Below are positions 1 to 12,082 of a stretch of DNA of 64,000 bases, piece after piece (within the stretch, counting starts at the first letter, position 1; every line of letters starts with the position of its first letter). The notes beneath the pieces are model-generated. The model had not been told where the DNA came from and did no database searches. It saw nothing but the letters and a program-made list of their open reading frames with translations. Location of the stretch: contig JAGQKV010000004.1 of the NCBI GenBank assembly GCA_020429915.1, positions 132,833 through 196,832 of the forward strand, written 5' to 3'. The translations under genes and the position numbers were made by a program. The stretch is from Candidatus Omnitrophota bacterium (lineage in GTDB: Bacteria; Omnitrophota; Gorgyraeia; Zapsychrales; Zapsychraceae).

Positions 1-2190
1 CCGCGCTCCCGAGTCGGCCATAATGAATACGGGATTAAACGGATCCATTTGATCGAACACCAGATCGGACAACGCCTCGGTCGTGTGCGTCCAGACGTCG
101 ATGATTTTGTTGTAGCGTTCGCGACCGGTAATGATCCCCTTACGGTACTGGTCCTGGACCTTGCTGACTTCCTGACGGGAATTCTTGAGAATATCGGCCT
201 TCTGGCTCGGAATGGTCATATCGGCAATCGCGATGGAAATCCCGGCGAGTGTGGCGTTGGCGAAACCCGTGTCCTTGAGCTTGTCCAGCAGGTCGATCGT
301 AGCCTTCTGACCGAACTGGTTATAACAGCTGGAGATGACGGCCCCGATTTTCTTTTTATCGAGCACTTCATTGACGAAGCCCATTTCCCTGGGGAGGATT
401 TGGTTGAAAATAACGCGTCCGACGGTGGTTTCGATAATCGGGTTGTTATTTTGCTCGCCGAGTTCACGCACCTTGTCCTGCTCTTCCTCAAGGGCTTCCA
501 CCTGGGAGATGATCAGCGACGGCTTTTCCTCACCCCAAACCGGGCGGTCGAGCTTGATTTTGATCCGCTCATGTATGCCCAGCATCCCGTCGTTATAAGC
601 AATGATAACTTCTTCCGCGCCTGAGAAGACACGGTCCTTATCCTTGGCGTTGGGTTCTTCCTTTGTCAGATAGTACAAGCCCAAGACCATGTCCTGCGAC
701 GGTGATACAACCGGGCGGCCGTCCGCCGGCGAAAATAAGTTGTTAATGGAAAGCAATTCCAAACGGCATTCCATTTGCGCTTCCAGGGAGAGCGGCACGT
801 GTACAGCCATCTGATCCCCGTCAAAGTCGGCGTTGAAAGCGGAACACACCAGCGGGTGCAATTTGATCGCTTTACCTTCGACCAGCGTCGGATAAAATGC
901 CTGGATACTCAGACGGTGCAGCGTAGGCGCGCGGTTCAACATAATCGGGTGATCCTGGATTACCTCGTCGAGAATATCCCAAACCTCGGCCTTCGCGCGT
1001 TCGACCATGCGCTTGGCACCCTTGATGGTATGAACGTATCCCTTTTCGCGAAGTTTACGAATGATAAACGGCTCGAACAGTTCCAGCGCCATTTTCTTGG
1101 GAAGACCGCACTGGTGCAGCTTGAGACTGGGCCCGACGACGATAACCGATCGGCCGGAGTAGTCAACACGCTTACCCAACAGGTTCATCCGGAAACGGCC
1201 TTGCTTACCCTTGAGCATATCGGACAACGACTTGAGCGGACGATTTCCTGACCCAAGCACCGGCCGGCCGTGGCGCCCATTATCCAACAGCGCGTCGACG
1301 GCTTCCTGCAGCATCCGCTTCTCGTTCCGGCAAATAATCTCCGGCGCGTTCAAATCGATGAGCTTCTTAAGACGATTATTCCGGTTGATAACCCGACGGT
1401 ACAAATCATTGAGGTCAGACGTGGCAAAGCGCCCCCCTTCGAGAGGAACCAGCGGTCTTAAGTCAGGCGGAATGACGGGCAGGACATCCAGCACCATCCA
1501 TTCCGGACTGTTATTGGACGCCTTGAAATCTTCGACGATCTTCAGAGTCTTGGCAATCTTCTTGGCATTTGTCCCGGCGGGATTGGCTTTCTCCAAATCC
1601 TTACGGAGCTTCTTGCACAGCGCTGTCAGATCAATATCCTTGAACATTTCGCGGATCGCCTCGGCGCCGATCTTGGCCTTAAACGCGCCTCCGTACTTGA
1701 CGAGGGCATCCTGGTACTCATCTTCGGTCAGGAACTGCTTGGGCTTCAGCGGCGTTTCACCCGGATCGATGACCACGTATTCCTCATAATAGATCAGCTT
1801 CTCCAAGTCCCGCAATCCGATCTGCAACAAGGCTGCCAGTCGGCTGGGTACCGCTTTGTAAAACCAGATATGGGTCACCGGACAGGCCAGTTCGATATGC
1901 CCCATCCACTCGCGGCGGACGGCCGAACGCGTCACCATAACCCCGCACCGGTCACAGACGATCCCTTTAAATTTGATCCCCTTGTACTTTCCGCAGGCGC
2001 ACTCCCAGTCGCGGACCGGACCGAAGATCTTTTCACAGAACAGGCCGTCCTTTTCAGGTTTCAGAGTCCGATAGTTGAGTGTCTCGGCTTTTTTGACCAC
2101 ACCACGCGACCAAGACCGCATAATTTCCGCGGAAGCAATTTGGATACTGATATGATCTTTATCTTTGAGGTCTTCAGACTTTTTAATCAT
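1..2190 (-). CDS. rpoC: DNA-directed RNA polymerase subunit beta' (5' part; gene runs off the window start)
   Basis: Translating the reverse complement from the ATG at 2188-2190 gives [58 protein letters not shown]...[21 protein letters not shown], the conserved beta' N-terminus with its zinc-binding Cys cluster. It sits 7 nt downstream of the rpoB stop. The ORF has no stop inside the window, which is why it is absent from the ORF track. Confidence 0.93.
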   Translation of the reverse strand, partial: MIKKSEDLKDKDHISIQIASAEIMRSWSRGVVKKAETLNYRTLKPEKDGLFCEKIFGPVRDWECACGKYKGIKFKGIVCDRCGVMVTRSAVRREWMGHIELACPVTHIWFYKAVPSRLAALLQIGLRDLEKLIYYEEYVVIDPGETPLKPKQFLTEDEYQDALVKYGGAFKAKIGAEAIREMFKDIDLTALCKKLRKDLEKANPAGTNAKKIAKTLKIVEDFKASNNSPEWMVLDVLPVIPPDLRPLVPLEGGRFATSDLNDLYRRVINRNNRLKKLIDLNAPEIICRNEKRMLQEAVDALLDNGRHGRPVLGSGNRPLKSLSDMLKGKQGRFRMNLLGKRVDYSGRSVIVVGPSLKLHQCGLPKKMALELFEPFIIRKLREKGYVHTIKGAKRMVERAKAEVWDILDEVIQDHPIMLNRAPTLHRLSIQAFYPTLVEGKAIKLHPLVCSAFNADFDGDQMAVHVPLSLEAQMECRLELLSINNLFSPADGRPVVSPSQDMVLGLYYLTKEEPNAKDKDRVFSGAEEVIIAYNDGMLGIHERIKIKLDRPVWGEEKPSLIISQVEALEEEQDKVRELGEQNNNPIIETTVGRVIFNQILPREMGFVNEVLDKKKIGAVISSCYNQFGQKATIDLLDKLKDTGFANATLAGISIAIADMTIPSQKADILKNSRQEVSKVQDQYRKGIITGRERYNKIIDVWTHTTEALSDLVFDQMDPFNPVFIMADSGAR

Positions 2191-2197
2191 ATGCGCC

Positions 2198-5100
2198 CTA
2201 TGAATCCTTTTCTTTGGATTTCTCTTTAGCTTTTTCAAAGATTCTGGCCGCGCCGTTGTCCCCCGAGCCGGCCCTGACCATCTTGATATCCAAACACAAT
2301 CCTTGCAACTCTTTGACAAGAACGTTAAACGATTCCGGCGTTCCCGGCGTGAGTTTCTGCTGCCCCTTGACAATCGCTTCGTACATGCGGCTGCGGCCGG
2401 TCACGTCGTCACTCTTGACCGTCAGCATTTCCTGCAATGTGTAAGCGGCGCCGTAGGCCTCCAATGCCCACACCTCCATCTCACCGAAGCGCTGGCCACC
2501 GAAGTGAGCCTTCCCGCCCAGCGGCTGTTGGGTAACGAGCGAGTAGGGCCCGATCGAACGGGCGTGAATTTTCTCGTCGACAAGGTGATTCAACTTAAGC
2601 ATATAAATGATCCCGACGGTGACTTTCTGATCAAATGGCTCTCCCGTGTAACCGTCAAAAACAGTGGTCTTGCCGTCTTCGGGAAGTCCCGCCTCCCTTA
2701 ACGTATCGCGGATTTCCGATTCCAGGGCCCCGTTAAAAACAGGGGTCTCGCAATGGAAGCCCAATACGCGGGCAGCCCAACCCAGATGCGTTTCCAGCAG
2801 CTGACCGACATTCATACGTGAGGGAACCCCCAGCGGATTCAAAACGATGTCCACGGAACTCCCGTCTTCGAGAAACGGCATATCCTGCTCGGGAAGAATC
2901 CTTGAAACGATCCCCTTGTTCCCGTGGCGACCGGCCATCTTATCGCCCTCAGAAAGCTTGCGCTTCGTGGCAACATAGACAACGACACGTTTAAGCACGC
3001 CTGCCGGCAATTCATCGCCGCGCTTAACACGCTCGACTTCATTCGCCTCTTCTTCCTCCAGTTCGGCGAGCTTGTCACGGTAAAAGCGCAACGCCTCATA
3101 TTCTTCCGATTCGGCGTCAAAATCGCTCATCTTAGAGGAGTCGACCTTGCTTTTGGCAACACCCAAATTGGACAACTTCTTATTCTTCTCGTCCTCGACA
3201 AAATCACGCTCCTGGACATAATAGGCCTTGATTTTGTCGATCGCTTCGGTTTCCTTCGCTTTGTCGACTTTGCTCTTGCGGCCGCGCTCATTCCGTTGGA
3301 AGACTTCCGTATTGACAACCACCCCTTCGATTCCGGGTGAAAGCGTCAAGGAGGTATCACGAATGTCCGCGGCCTTCTCGCCGAAAATGGCGCGCAGCAA
3401 ACGTTCTTCCGGAGAAAGTTCCTTCTCACTTTTTGGCGTAACCTTACCGACGAGAATATCACCGGATTTCACTTCCGCGCCGACGCGGATAATGCCGTCC
3501 TCGTTCAGATTATTCAACGCGTCTTCACTGACATTGGGGATGTCCCGGGTAATTTCCTCGTTACCAAGACGTGTTTCCCGACACTCGACTTCAAACTTCT
3601 CGACGTGAATAGAAGTGAAGACGTCATCACGGACAATGCGCTCATTAATGAGGATCGCGTCCTCGAAATTGTATCCGCGCCACGGCATGAAGGCCACCAG
3701 GACATTCCGGCCGAGCGCCAAACGCCCGTGCTGTGTAGCGATACCGTCGGCGATCGTCTGTCCCGCCTTGACCTTTTCTCCGATTTGTACAAGCGGACGC
3801 TGGTGAATGCAGGTGTTGGCATTGGTCCGTTGATAATTCATCAGCGGATACACGGTTTTGTTGATGACGATTTCCGAGGCGTCGACACGGGTCACCGTGC
3901 CGGCTTCTTTGGAGATCACCACAACGCCCGAGTCACGGGCCACTTTCTCCTCCATTCCGGTCCCTACGTTCGGAACTTCCGGACACATCAACGGAACGGC
4001 CTGCCGTTGCATATTGGATCCCATCAAAGCGCGGTTCGCGTCGTCATGTTCCAGAAACGGGATCAGAGACGCCGCCACGGAGACGATCTGCAACGGTGAA
4101 ACGTCCATATAGCCGATTTTATCGGGTTTGACGCGTGGAAAGTCGGTCTTGTACCGGCACAGGACATCTTCGGAAAGGAAAGACCCGTCATCTCCCACCG
4201 GCGCATTGGCCTGGGCGATATACTCGGCCTGGTCCTTATCGGCGGTCAGAAACTCGATCTTCTTAGATACCTTGCAGTCTTCCACCTTGCGGTAGGGTGT
4301 TTCAATGAAACCGAGATCGTTCACGCAAGCGCATATCGTGAGGGAGGCAATCAGACCGATATTCGGACCTTCAGGCGTCTCGATCGGACACACGCGGCCA
4401 TAGTGCGTAGGGTGAACGTCGCGCACCTCGAAACCGGCGCGTTCACGGGACAGACCGCCCGGCCCCAGGGCCGAAAGACGGCGTTTGTGGGTCATTTCGG
4501 ACAGCGGATTGACCTGGTCCATGAACTGCGACAATTGGCTGCGCGCAAAGAAATCTTGAATTTGGTTGGAAAACAAACGGGAATTGATCAGGTGATGGGC
4601 GGTGAGATTTTCAAAATTCGTCATGACCACCAGACGTTCCTTGATGGAACGCTCCAGGCGGGCCAAGCCGATTCTGACTTGATTCTGGACGAGTTCACCA
4701 ACCGTCTTGATACGACGGTTTCCAAGGTGATCGATATCATCCGTTTCGCCGCGGCCTTCCCGTAGGCCGATAAGATAGCGCATTACCTCAACCACTGTCC
4801 CGATGTCCAAAACCCGGTTATCCAGGGGGATATCCATGTCCAGCTTGCGGTTGATGATATGCCGACCGACTTTACTGAGGTCGTAGCGCTTCGGTTCAAA
4901 AAAGAGCCGGAAAAAGAGATTGTCAGCCACTTCAACCGTTGCCGGTTCGGTAGGCCGCATTTTCCGGTAAAAATCGAGCAGGGCTTCTTCTTTATTTTCG
5001 GTGTGATCCTTCTCGAGCGTCGCCTCAATAAACTTGATATCGCCACCCAGCATCTGTTCCATTTCCTCGGTCGTGGAAAGCCCCATAATCCGCAGGATCT

Positions 5101-5680
5101 GGGTCGCCGGGAAATTACGCCGCCGGTCGATGTAGGCCAGCAGTACGTTATTGAGATCGTATTTAATCTCGAACCATGCCCCGCGTGCCGGGATAATCCG
5201 GCCGTGGTAAATCGGCTTGCCAGTCGGATGCATTTCCATTTCGAAGGAAACACCCGGAGGGCGCTGAATCTGTGAAACCACGACCCGTTCGTCACCGTTG
5301 ATGATGAACGTCCCGGTATCGGTCATCAACGGGAAGTCACCGAAGTAAACCTCCTGCTCCTTGATATCCACCGGAGTGATCAGTCGCAGTTTGACCTTAA
5401 GCGGTGCGGAAAAGGTCATTCCCCGACGCTTGCATTCCACCGCCGAATATTTCTCTTTTCCGAGCGTATAGCTGATGTACTCGAGTTTAATCTGCCCGTC
5501 GTAACTCTCCAACGGAAATACTTCCGAGAAGACTTCCTGGAGGCCCATATCTTCCCTTTTCTCAGGATCGGCCTCGCGCTGCAAGAAGATCTCGTAGGCA
5601 TGAAGCTGAATGTCCAACAGGGACGGCAGATCAAATTTATCGTCAAACTTGCCGAAGTTCTTGATGGTTATAGATTCCAT
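2198..5680 (-). CDS. rpoB: DNA-directed RNA polymerase subunit beta
   Basis: 1160-aa ORF with beta-subunit hallmarks (…GKLTPKGE…, [28 protein letters not shown]…) in the conserved rplL-rpoB-rpoC order. Confidence 0.98.
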   Translation of the reverse strand: MESITIKNFGKFDDKFDLPSLLDIQLHAYEIFLQREADPEKREDMGLQEVFSEVFPLESYDGQIKLEYISYTLGKEKYSAVECKRRGMTFSAPLKVKLRLITPVDIKEQEVYFGDFPLMTDTGTFIINGDERVVVSQIQRPPGVSFEMEMHPTGKPIYHGRIIPARGAWFEIKYDLNNVLLAYIDRRRNFPATQILRIMGLSTTEEMEQMLGGDIKFIEATLEKDHTENKEEALLDFYRKMRPTEPATVEVADNLFFRLFFEPKRYDLSKVGRHIINRKLDMDIPLDNRVLDIGTVVEVMRYLIGLREGRGETDDIDHLGNRRIKTVGELVQNQVRIGLARLERSIKERLVVMTNFENLTAHHLINSRLFSNQIQDFFARSQLSQFMDQVNPLSEMTHKRRLSALGPGGLSRERAGFEVRDVHPTHYGRVCPIETPEGPNIGLIASLTICACVNDLGFIETPYRKVEDCKVSKKIEFLTADKDQAEYIAQANAPVGDDGSFLSEDVLCRYKTDFPRVKPDKIGYMDVSPLQIVSVAASLIPFLEHDDANRALMGSNMQRQAVPLMCPEVPNVGTGMEEKVARDSGVVVISKEAGTVTRVDASEIVINKTVYPLMNYQRTNANTCIHQRPLVQIGEKVKAGQTIADGIATQHGRLALGRNVLVAFMPWRGYNFEDAILINERIVRDDVFTSIHVEKFEVECRETRLGNEEITRDIPNVSEDALNNLNEDGIIRVGAEVKSGDILVGKVTPKSEKELSPEERLLRAIFGEKAADIRDTSLTLSPGIEGVVVNTEVFQRNERGRKSKVDKAKETEAIDKIKAYYVQERDFVEDEKNKKLSNLGVAKSKVDSSKMSDFDAESEEYEALRFYRDKLAELEEEEANEVERVKRGDELPAGVLKRVVVYVATKRKLSEGDKMAGRHGNKGIVSRILPEQDMPFLEDGSSVDIVLNPLGVPSRMNVGQLLETHLGWAARVLGFHCETPVFNGALESEIRDTLREAGLPEDGKTTVFDGYTGEPFDQKVTVGIIYMLKLNHLVDEKIHARSIGPYSLVTQQPLGGKAHFGGQRFGEMEVWALEAYGAAYTLQEMLTVKSDDVTGRSRMYEAIVKGQQKLTPGTPESFNVLVKELQGLCLDIKMVRAGSGDNGAARIFEKAKEKSKEKDS

Positions 5681-5730
5681 AGCCCGCTTTGGTTAGAGGT
5701 TATTCGATGTCGGTTGAACCCATCGCTGGA

Positions 5731-6180
5731 TTACTTCAATTCGACCTTGGCACCGGCAGCTTCGAGCTTCTTCTTGAGCTCTTCCGCTTCTTCCTTGGAA
5801 ATGCCTTCCTTGACCGGCTTGGGCGCACCTTCGACCAGGTCTTTGGCTTCCTTGAGACCAAGGTTTGTTGCCGCACGTACTTCCTTGATAACGGCAATCT
5901 TCTGAGCACCGGCTTCTGTCAAGACAACATCGAATTCCGTCTTTTCCTCGGCAGCCTCGGCAGCTCCACCGGCAACGGCACCAGGCGCCATCATCATTCC
6001 GGCAGCCATCGGGGCAGCGGCTTGAATTCCGAGCCTGTCTTCCAGACCCTTGACCAGTTCGGAAAGTTCCAGAGCAGTCAGACCTTCAATCGTCTTGGCA
6101 ACCTCTTCCAATTTCGGTGATAGCGCTACGCCGCCACCTTTTTCTTCCGGTTGTTCTGTCGCTGTATTCTCGTCAGCCAT
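5731..6180 (-). CDS. rplL: 50S ribosomal protein L7/L12
   Basis: 149 aa with an Ala/Glu-rich hinge and a C-terminal ...[40 protein letters not shown]. Located between rplJ and rpoB. Confidence 0.97.
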   Translation of the reverse strand: MADENTATEQPEEKGGGVALSPKLEEVAKTIEGLTALELSELVKGLEDRLGIQAAAPMAAGMMMAPGAVAGGAAEAAEEKTEFDVVLTEAGAQKIAVIKEVRAATNLGLKEAKDLVEGAPKPVKEGISKEEAEELKKKLEAAGAKVELK

Positions 6181-6182
6181 TT

Positions 6183-6713
6183 TTAATTTCCTCCCTTTTT
6201 CTCGCTGTACTGTTTCAGAATCGACAACAAATCTCTCGATTTTGCATTAAGAGCGCCTGCCAATCTGGTCAACGGCGCTTGTATTGTTCCTAACAAAGTC
6301 GACAACAAGACTTCACGCGGCGGCAGATCGGACAACCGCTTAACGTCAGCCTGGGCCAGGGTCCGTCCATCAAGAACACCGCCCTGAATGTCCACATTAT
6401 CAAGATCCTTGGAAAACTCCATCAACACCTTGGATACGGCGGCTGAATCGGCGTTCGTCCAAACAAACGCCGTTTGGCTGGCCACCCTGTCTGCAAGCGT
6501 GTCATGTTTCAGTTCTTTCAGCGCATTTGCGGCGATGCTGTTCTTCGACACGAACATCGAAGCCCCGGCTTTCTGAAGTTCCTGGCGCAGCCCGCTGAGC
6601 TTCGCCCCGTTCAATCCGGAAAAGCTCATTACGAAAACGCCTTCGTTTTGCTCGATGCCTTCGACGATCTTGGAGTTGATTTGTTCGCGATATACCTGTC
6701 CTACACGTTTCAT
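6183..6713 (-). CDS. rplJ: 50S ribosomal protein L10
   Basis: 176 aa L10-like protein immediately upstream of rplL. It overlaps the rplA stop by 4 nt. Confidence 0.93.
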   Translation of the reverse strand: MKRVGQVYREQINSKIVEGIEQNEGVFVMSFSGLNGAKLSGLRQELQKAGASMFVSKNSIAANALKELKHDTLADRVASQTAFVWTNADSAAVSKVLMEFSKDLDNVDIQGGVLDGRTLAQADVKRLSDLPPREVLLSTLLGTIQAPLTRLAGALNAKSRDLLSILKQYSEKKGGN

Positions 6714-7390
6714 ATTGCCACCTTTAAGCCCGGGCCCATCGTCGTCGTCAGGGATGCCGACTTGATGTAGGTTCCCTTGAGCGTATTGGGCTTGGCCAAA
6801 TTGATTGCGTCCAGTATCTGGCGAATGTTGTCCGCGAGTTTATCCTTGCTGAAAGAGCGCTTGCCGACGCCGAGATGGACCCCCGCCTGCTTATCCGACT
6901 TGAACTCGATCTTACCGGCCTTCAGCTCGGTAATGGCCTTGACGACGTCAGGAGTTACCGTACCGGCTTTGGGTGTAGGCATCAATCCCCGCGGTCCGAG
7001 CACCTTACCGAGCTTGCTCAGCTCCCGCATCATGTCGGGTGTAGCCACGACCACGTCAAAATCCAAAAAGCCCTTGCTCACTTTGTCGATCAACTCCTCG
7101 GCACCGACGAAATCGGCTCCGGCCCCCTTGGCTTTGGCTTCGTTTTCCCCCTTGCAAAAGACCGCAATACGCAGCGACTTGCCGGTCCCGTGCGGGAGGA
7201 CAACAGTGCCACGGACAATTTGGTCGGATGCCTTAGGGTTAATACCCAGGGCAAAATGTATTTCAACGGTCTCATCGAATTTGACCTTAGGAAACGATTC
7301 AATAGCCGTTATGGCCTCCTCCAGCGTATAGGTCTTTTCGCGATCGACCGCCTTGTAACCTTCTTTGAGTCTCTTGCTGATTCGTTTCAT
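6710..7390 (-). CDS. rplA: 50S ribosomal protein L1
   Basis: 226 aa with a uL1 fold sequence (…GKSLRIAVFCKGENEAKAKGAGADFVG…GPRGLMP…). Confidence 0.95.
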   Translation of the reverse strand: MKRISKRLKEGYKAVDREKTYTLEEAITAIESFPKVKFDETVEIHFALGINPKASDQIVRGTVVLPHGTGKSLRIAVFCKGENEAKAKGAGADFVGAEELIDKVSKGFLDFDVVVATPDMMRELSKLGKVLGPRGLMPTPKAGTVTPDVVKAITELKAGKIEFKSDKQAGVHLGVGKRSFSKDKLADNIRQILDAINLAKPNTLKGTYIKSASLTTTMGPGLKVAI

Positions 7391-7815
7391 TATTCAGTCA
7401 CCTCGATTCCCATACTGCGGGCTGTGCCTTTAATGGTCTGAATGGCCTGCTCCATGCTGTCAGTGTTCAAGTCTTCCATCTTGGTCTTGGCGATTTCCTT
7501 GACCTGAGCCATGGTGATCGAACCGATCTTTTCTTTTCCGGCCATACCGGAGGCCTTGGCCAAGTTGGCGGCTTTCTTGATCAGAACAGCGCTCGGGGGT
7601 GACTTGATGATAAAATCAAACGATTTGTCCTTATAGACGGAAATGACCGCCGGCAGGATCAAACCTTCGCGCCCCTTGGTCTTTTCGTTAAACGCCTTGC
7701 AGAATCCCATGATATTCACACCGTGCTGACCCAGCGCGGGGCCGACCGGCGGCGCCGGATTTGCCTGTCCGGCCGGAACGTACAATTTGATCTGTGCGAC
7801 AACTTCTTTAGCCAT
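7390..7815 (-). CDS. rplK: 50S ribosomal protein L11
   Basis: 141 aa containing [43 protein letters not shown], the canonical uL11 N-terminus. Confidence 0.97.
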   Translation of the reverse strand: MAKEVVAQIKLYVPAGQANPAPPVGPALGQHGVNIMGFCKAFNEKTKGREGLILPAVISVYKDKSFDFIIKSPPSAVLIKKAANLAKASGMAGKEKIGSITMAQVKEIAKTKMEDLNTDSMEQAIQTIKGTARSMGIEVTE

Positions 7816-7825
7816 ACGTCAATCC

Positions 7826-8359
7826 TTAAAGTTTTTCGACTTGCCAGTATTCGAGTTCCACCAATGTCGAACGTCCGAAAATGGAAACACTGACCTTCAA
7901 TTTCCCGCGGTCCGGATAGACATCCGTGACCGATCCGTTGAAATTTGCAAACGGCCCCTGGGCGATACGTATCGATTCGCCGATTTCGAACGTCGTCTTG
8001 GGCATCGGCTTGACTTCCGTATCTTCGGTCCGCTGCAGAATCCTTTTTACTTCCTCTTCGGTGATAGGGGTAGGTTTGCGGCCGGGACCGATAAAACCGG
8101 TGATCCCCGGCGTGGTCTTGACCAGATACCAGCTTTCCTTGCTCATCTCCATCTTGATGAGAATGTATCCTGGAAAAAACTTGCGGGATGTGATGCGTTT
8201 CTTACCGGATCGAACTTCGGACACCTGTTCGGTCGGAACCACGATCTCGTCGACGAAGTCCTTCAGGTTGGTGGAAGCCATTTTGCTTTCCAACCCGGCC
8301 CGGGCCTTCTCTTCGGACCCGGTCTGCGTGTGAACTACGTACCACTTCCTATCACTCAT
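7826..8359 (-). CDS. nusG: transcription termination/antitermination factor NusG
   Basis: 177 aa with WYVVHTQTGSEEKA (NGN domain) and a C-terminal KOW region (GESIRIAQGPFANFNGSV). Conserved secE-nusG-rplK context. Confidence 0.95.
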   Translation of the reverse strand: MSDRKWYVVHTQTGSEEKARAGLESKMASTNLKDFVDEIVVPTEQVSEVRSGKKRITSRKFFPGYILIKMEMSKESWYLVKTTPGITGFIGPGRKPTPITEEEVKRILQRTEDTEVKPMPKTTFEIGESIRIAQGPFANFNGSVTDVYPDRGKLKVSVSIFGRSTLVELEYWQVEKL

Positions 8360-8366
8360 AATGCCA

Positions 8367-8552
8367 CTACCCTATCAAAATCCCCAACAAACGAGAAAGA
8401 ACAAAATCACACGCGGCTATAAAGCAGCCTAAACAGACGGAACTGATGATTACGATCCAAGTCGAATCAATCAGATCCTTACGTGTCGTCCACGACACTT
8501 TCTTCATTTCCACGATGACTTCGTTTATAAATTTCTTGATTTTACCGAACAT
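8367..8552 (-). CDS. secE: preprotein translocase subunit SecE
   Basis: 61-aa single-TM protein (…WTTRKDLIDSTWIVIISSVCLGCFIAACDF…) directly upstream of nusG. Confidence 0.85.
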   Translation of the reverse strand: MFGKIKKFINEVIVEMKKVSWTTRKDLIDSTWIVIISSVCLGCFIAACDFVLSRLLGILIG

Positions 8553-8580
8553 GAACGACTCGACTGTATCCTAAATTTAC

Positions 8581-8653
<73 letters not shown>

Positions 8654-8671
8654 AATGCCTAAAGTCTCCGC

Positions 8672-8842
8672 TTACTTTTTCACTTCACGGTGAAGCGTGT
8701 GCTTACGTAGATGCGGACAGTACTTTTTTAACTCCAACCGCTCCGGGTGCTTTTTCTTGTCCTTCTTGGTCACGTAATTGATGCGACCGGACTCCTCGCA
8801 CTTAAGCAAGATGGTTTCCCGGTTGTTCTTTTTCTTAGCCAT
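8672..8842 (-). CDS. rpmG: 50S ribosomal protein L33
   Basis: A 56-aa ORF missed by the ORF track (under 60 aa): [56 protein letters not shown]. It is lysine-rich, typical bL33 size, and sits between two tRNAs upstream of secE. Confidence 0.85.
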   Translation of the reverse strand: MAKKKNNRETILLKCEESGRINYVTKKDKKKHPERLELKKYCPHLRKHTLHREVKK

Positions 8843-8891
8843 AATTTCTTACCATTCGACCCAATCTCGCTCAGGTCTTTAGCGTGAAAAA

Positions 8892-8964
8892 AGCCCCCGA
8901 CCGGACTTGAACCGGAGACCTCGTCCTTACCAAGGACGTGCTCTACCAACTGAGCTACAGGGGC
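8892..8964 (-). tRNA. tRNA-Thr (anticodon GGT)
   Basis: The reverse complement GCCCCTGTAGCTCAGTTGGTAGAGCACGTCCTTGGTAAGGACGAGGTCTCCGGTTCAAGTCCGGTCGGGGGCT has D-loop AGTTGGTAGAGC, anticodon loop CTTGGTAAG (GGT) and T-arm GGTTCAAGTCC. Confidence 0.9.
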
Positions 8965-9047
8965 AGTCCTAAACTCAAATTAATATTCAATACTGTGATA
9001 TTGATGTTGCAATGCGCTCCCCGCGCTATGGGCATAATAATTACACA

Positions 9048-9075
9048 AGTATATATAGAATTAAAGATTTGTCAA
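9048..9075 (-). promoter_or_regulatory. sigma-70-type promoter for the tRNA-Thr/rpmG/tRNA-Trp/secE-nusG transcript
   Basis: The minus strand reads TTGACA-N16-TATACT (−35 at 9075..9070, −10 at 9053..9048) in an AT-rich spacer about 75 nt upstream of tRNA-Thr. Confidence 0.5.
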
Positions 9076-9145
9076 GTTTTTTATGAAAATAACCCCACAT
9101 CGTAAGTCGTATATTTACGAATTAGTTACACTGCTGTCGATGTCT

Positions 9146-10312
9146 TCAGAGCAGTTTGAGGAACCGCCGTTTGCCGACTTTCAGGACCCCCGCCTCCGGA
9201 ACCCAATCTTCGCCTTCTAACTTGTTGCCATCAAAAGAGATAGCACCTTGGTCCAGGAGGCGCCGGCCCTCTTTTTTCGAGGCGACGATATTCGCCGCCA
9301 CGAGGATATCGATCACCGACTGCCCGCCCCCCGGCGCAAGCGGATACTCCGGCATGTCCGAAGGCAACTCCCGCTGACTGAAAATCTTCTCGAATTCCCC
9401 CTGCGCGCGGACGGCCGTACCGGCATCATAAAACTGGGTCACGATCTCCGCCGCCAATTTCAGCTTGGCCTCCTTGGGGTGCATCCGGCGGACGGCATCC
9501 AGGTCGACATCGGTCAAGAATTCAAAATAGCGATACATCAACTCATCGCTCACGGACATAATCTTTCCAAATATCTCGTCGGGAGGCTCATTGATCCCGA
9601 TGTAATTATCGAGCGACTTGCTCATCTTCTTGACGCCGTCCAAGCCCTCCAAGAGCGGCGTCATCATGACCACCTGGGGCGACTGGCCCAACGTCTCCTG
9701 CATCTGGCGCCCCATCAGCAGATTAAATTTTTGGTCATTGCCTCCAAGCTCGACATCCGCCTTAAGCTGTACGGAATCATAGCCCTGAAGCAACGGATAC
9801 AGGAATTCGAGAATGCTGATTTCTTTGCCTTCTTCGTACCGCTTCTTGAAATCGGCGCGCGCCAACATCTGAGCCACGGTAGCGTGCGTGGTCAACTCCA
9901 CGATTTCCTGGGAGCTCAACCCGTCCAGCCACTCGCTGTTAAACACGACTTTGGTTCTTTTCTCGTCGAGAATCTTAAAGACTTGTTGCCGGTAGGTTTG
10001 GGCGTTGGATTCGATTTCCGAACGGCTGAGCTTCTTGCGCAACTGATCGCGCCCGGTTGGATCGCCCACTTGAGCGGTAAAGTCCCCGATTAAGAAATAG
10101 ACATCGTGTCCCAGATCCTGAAATTGTCGCAATTTGCGCAGCAAAACGACATGACCGAGATGAATGTCCGGTGCGGTGGGATCAAAGCCGGCCTTTATGA
10201 CCAGCGGCTTTCCCGACTGATCGCTTGCGGCCAGTTTCTTCTGCAGATTTTCGGTATCAATGATTTCGGTGGTGCCGCGGACAAGAATTTTCAACGACTC
10301 TTTTACGGACAT
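9146..10312 (-). CDS. tyrS: tyrosine--tRNA ligase
   Basis: 388 aa with HIGH-type motif (PDIHLGH), KMSKS, and a C-terminal S4-like domain. Confidence 0.93.
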   Translation of the reverse strand: MSVKESLKILVRGTTEIIDTENLQKKLAASDQSGKPLVIKAGFDPTAPDIHLGHVVLLRKLRQFQDLGHDVYFLIGDFTAQVGDPTGRDQLRKKLSRSEIESNAQTYRQQVFKILDEKRTKVVFNSEWLDGLSSQEIVELTTHATVAQMLARADFKKRYEEGKEISILEFLYPLLQGYDSVQLKADVELGGNDQKFNLLMGRQMQETLGQSPQVVMMTPLLEGLDGVKKMSKSLDNYIGINEPPDEIFGKIMSVSDELMYRYFEFLTDVDLDAVRRMHPKEAKLKLAAEIVTQFYDAGTAVRAQGEFEKIFSQRELPSDMPEYPLAPGGGQSVIDILVAANIVASKKEGRRLLDQGAISFDGNKLEGEDWVPEAGVLKVGKRRFLKLL

Positions 10313-10396
10313 GCTGATTACCGTTGGCGGGGAAGTTATAAAGACGGCACCTTCCCTATATTAAGGGAACGTGCCGTCTCATATATTGATCTGACG

Positions 10397-11944
10397 TTAA
10401 ACTTTGGCGCTGACGCCGATCTTCATTTGTTCAACGTCGACCTTGATTATCTTAATCTTGAGCTTGTCACCCGGCTTGAGGGCTTCGGCCTTTTCCTTAT
10501 CGATTTCTGAGGAATAGACCAGCGCTTCGACCTCGTCGTCGAGCTTGACAAAGACGCCGAAATTGGAGTTGAGCACGACTTCCGCCTCCATTTCGGTATC
10601 CACCGGATACTTGTCGGCAATTCCGGGCCACGGATTGTCGGAAAGCTGCTTCAGGCCCAGATTAATCTTGCGGTTATCCGGATCAACGGCCAGGACGATG
10701 ACGTCAACATCCTGTCCTTTTTGCAAAACATCCTGCGGATGGTTGATCTTCTTCGTCCAAGACATGTCGGAGATGTGGATCATGCCCTCCAACCCGGACT
10801 CGAGCTCGACAAAAGCGCCGTAATCCGTAAAACCGCGGACCTGTCCCTTGACTTGGGCGTCGATGGCGTATTGGTCTGTGGCACGTTCCCACGGATTTTC
10901 CTCGAGTTGCTTCATACTCAAAGAAATACGCTTGGAATCCTTGTCGACGTTGATGATTTGGACTTCGATCTCGTCGCCCACTTTGAACATTTCCTGAGGA
11001 TTGACCAACTTCTTTTGCCAGGTAATCTCCGAAGAGTGCAGCAAACCCTCGATCCCTTTTTCGATTTCCACAAAAACGCCGTACGGCATGACATTCACGA
11101 CCCGGCCCCTGGTCTTGGTGCCGGTCGGGTACTTCTCATATATGTCATCCCAGGGATTAGAAGTGATCTGCTTAAGTCCAAGCGAAACTTTGGAACCAGC
11201 GCGGTCGTAGTCGAGAATCAAAATCTTGATCCGGTCGCCGATGTTGACGATTTCTGACGGGTGATTGATGCGTGTCCAACTCATGTCGGTGATGTGCAAC
11301 AAACCGTCGACGCCGCCTAAATCGATGAAGGCACCAAAGTCGGTGATACCTTTAACCGTTCCTTCGCGGGTTTGGCCTTTCTCCAGCTCGGCCCACAGCT
11401 TGTCACGGACCTGGTCACGTTCGCGCTGGACAACCTCACGGCGTGAAAGAATCAGATTGCGCCGAGCCTTGTTGAGCTTCGCCACGGTAAATGTATACTT
11501 AGTGGCCATATATTCTTCAGGGGGCACACCTTTAAGGGCCGACAGGGACATCGGCAGGAAGGCTTCAACACCTTGTACGTCGACGATAAAACCGCCCTTC
11601 ACTTGCTTGACAATACGCCCTTCGATCTGGTCGCCCTCGTTGATGGAGTCGCCGATCTTCAGCCAACCTTGCAGCTTTTCCGCCTTTAAACGCGATAAAA
11701 TCAGACGTCCGTCCTCATCTTCGATCGATTCGATAAGGACATCAATTTCCGTATTCAACTCCAGGTTCTCGATATTGCGAAACTCCTCTACCGAGACAAA
11801 TCCTTCCGACTTGAAACCGATGTCGACCACGGCTTCCTTTTCGTTAAAGGCAACGATCGTTCCTTTAACAACTTCCCCTTCTTTGATATCGCGGAATGTA
11901 TTCTCATACATCTGCTCCATCATTGATTGTTTTTCTGCACTCAT
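10397..11944 (-). CDS. rpsA: 30S ribosomal protein S1
   Basis: Six tandem S1 (OB-fold) repeats. The track ORF extends to 11980, but the ATG at 11944 (MSAEKQSMMEQ…) has an upstream GAGAGG SD whereas 11980 has none. Confidence 0.9.
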   Translation of the reverse strand: MSAEKQSMMEQMYENTFRDIKEGEVVKGTIVAFNEKEAVVDIGFKSEGFVSVEEFRNIENLELNTEIDVLIESIEDEDGRLILSRLKAEKLQGWLKIGDSINEGDQIEGRIVKQVKGGFIVDVQGVEAFLPMSLSALKGVPPEEYMATKYTFTVAKLNKARRNLILSRREVVQRERDQVRDKLWAELEKGQTREGTVKGITDFGAFIDLGGVDGLLHITDMSWTRINHPSEIVNIGDRIKILILDYDRAGSKVSLGLKQITSNPWDDIYEKYPTGTKTRGRVVNVMPYGVFVEIEKGIEGLLHSSEITWQKKLVNPQEMFKVGDEIEVQIINVDKDSKRISLSMKQLEENPWERATDQYAIDAQVKGQVRGFTDYGAFVELESGLEGMIHISDMSWTKKINHPQDVLQKGQDVDVIVLAVDPDNRKINLGLKQLSDNPWPGIADKYPVDTEMEAEVVLNSNFGVFVKLDDEVEALVYSSEIDKEKAEALKPGDKLKIKIIKVDVEQMKIGVSAKV

Positions 11945-12082
11945 GCAAAGTACCTCTCTTGAATTGGAATTTTCAGGCACAGCGGCCGCTAAAAAAGCCT
12001 GTCGTTGTATCCTGAAGAACGAGTATTATCGCAAAATTGCACCATTTGTCAAACAAAATTATCCGCGCAAAACAGGATTTGA

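Noticed and set aside
49-2229. Several plus-strand ORFs (49..624, 775..1251, 1211..1789, 1870..2229) at the window start
   Set aside because: They lie antisense to the rpoC coding frame, whose translation gives unmistakable beta' sequence. Their products are low-complexity Arg/Pro/Ser-rich strings typical of antisense frames in GC-rich genes.
9248-10093. 281-aa plus-strand ORF
   Set aside because: It is entirely antisense to tyrS, which has clear HIGH/KMSKS motifs. The product has no recognisable domain and a skewed R/L/H/Q composition.
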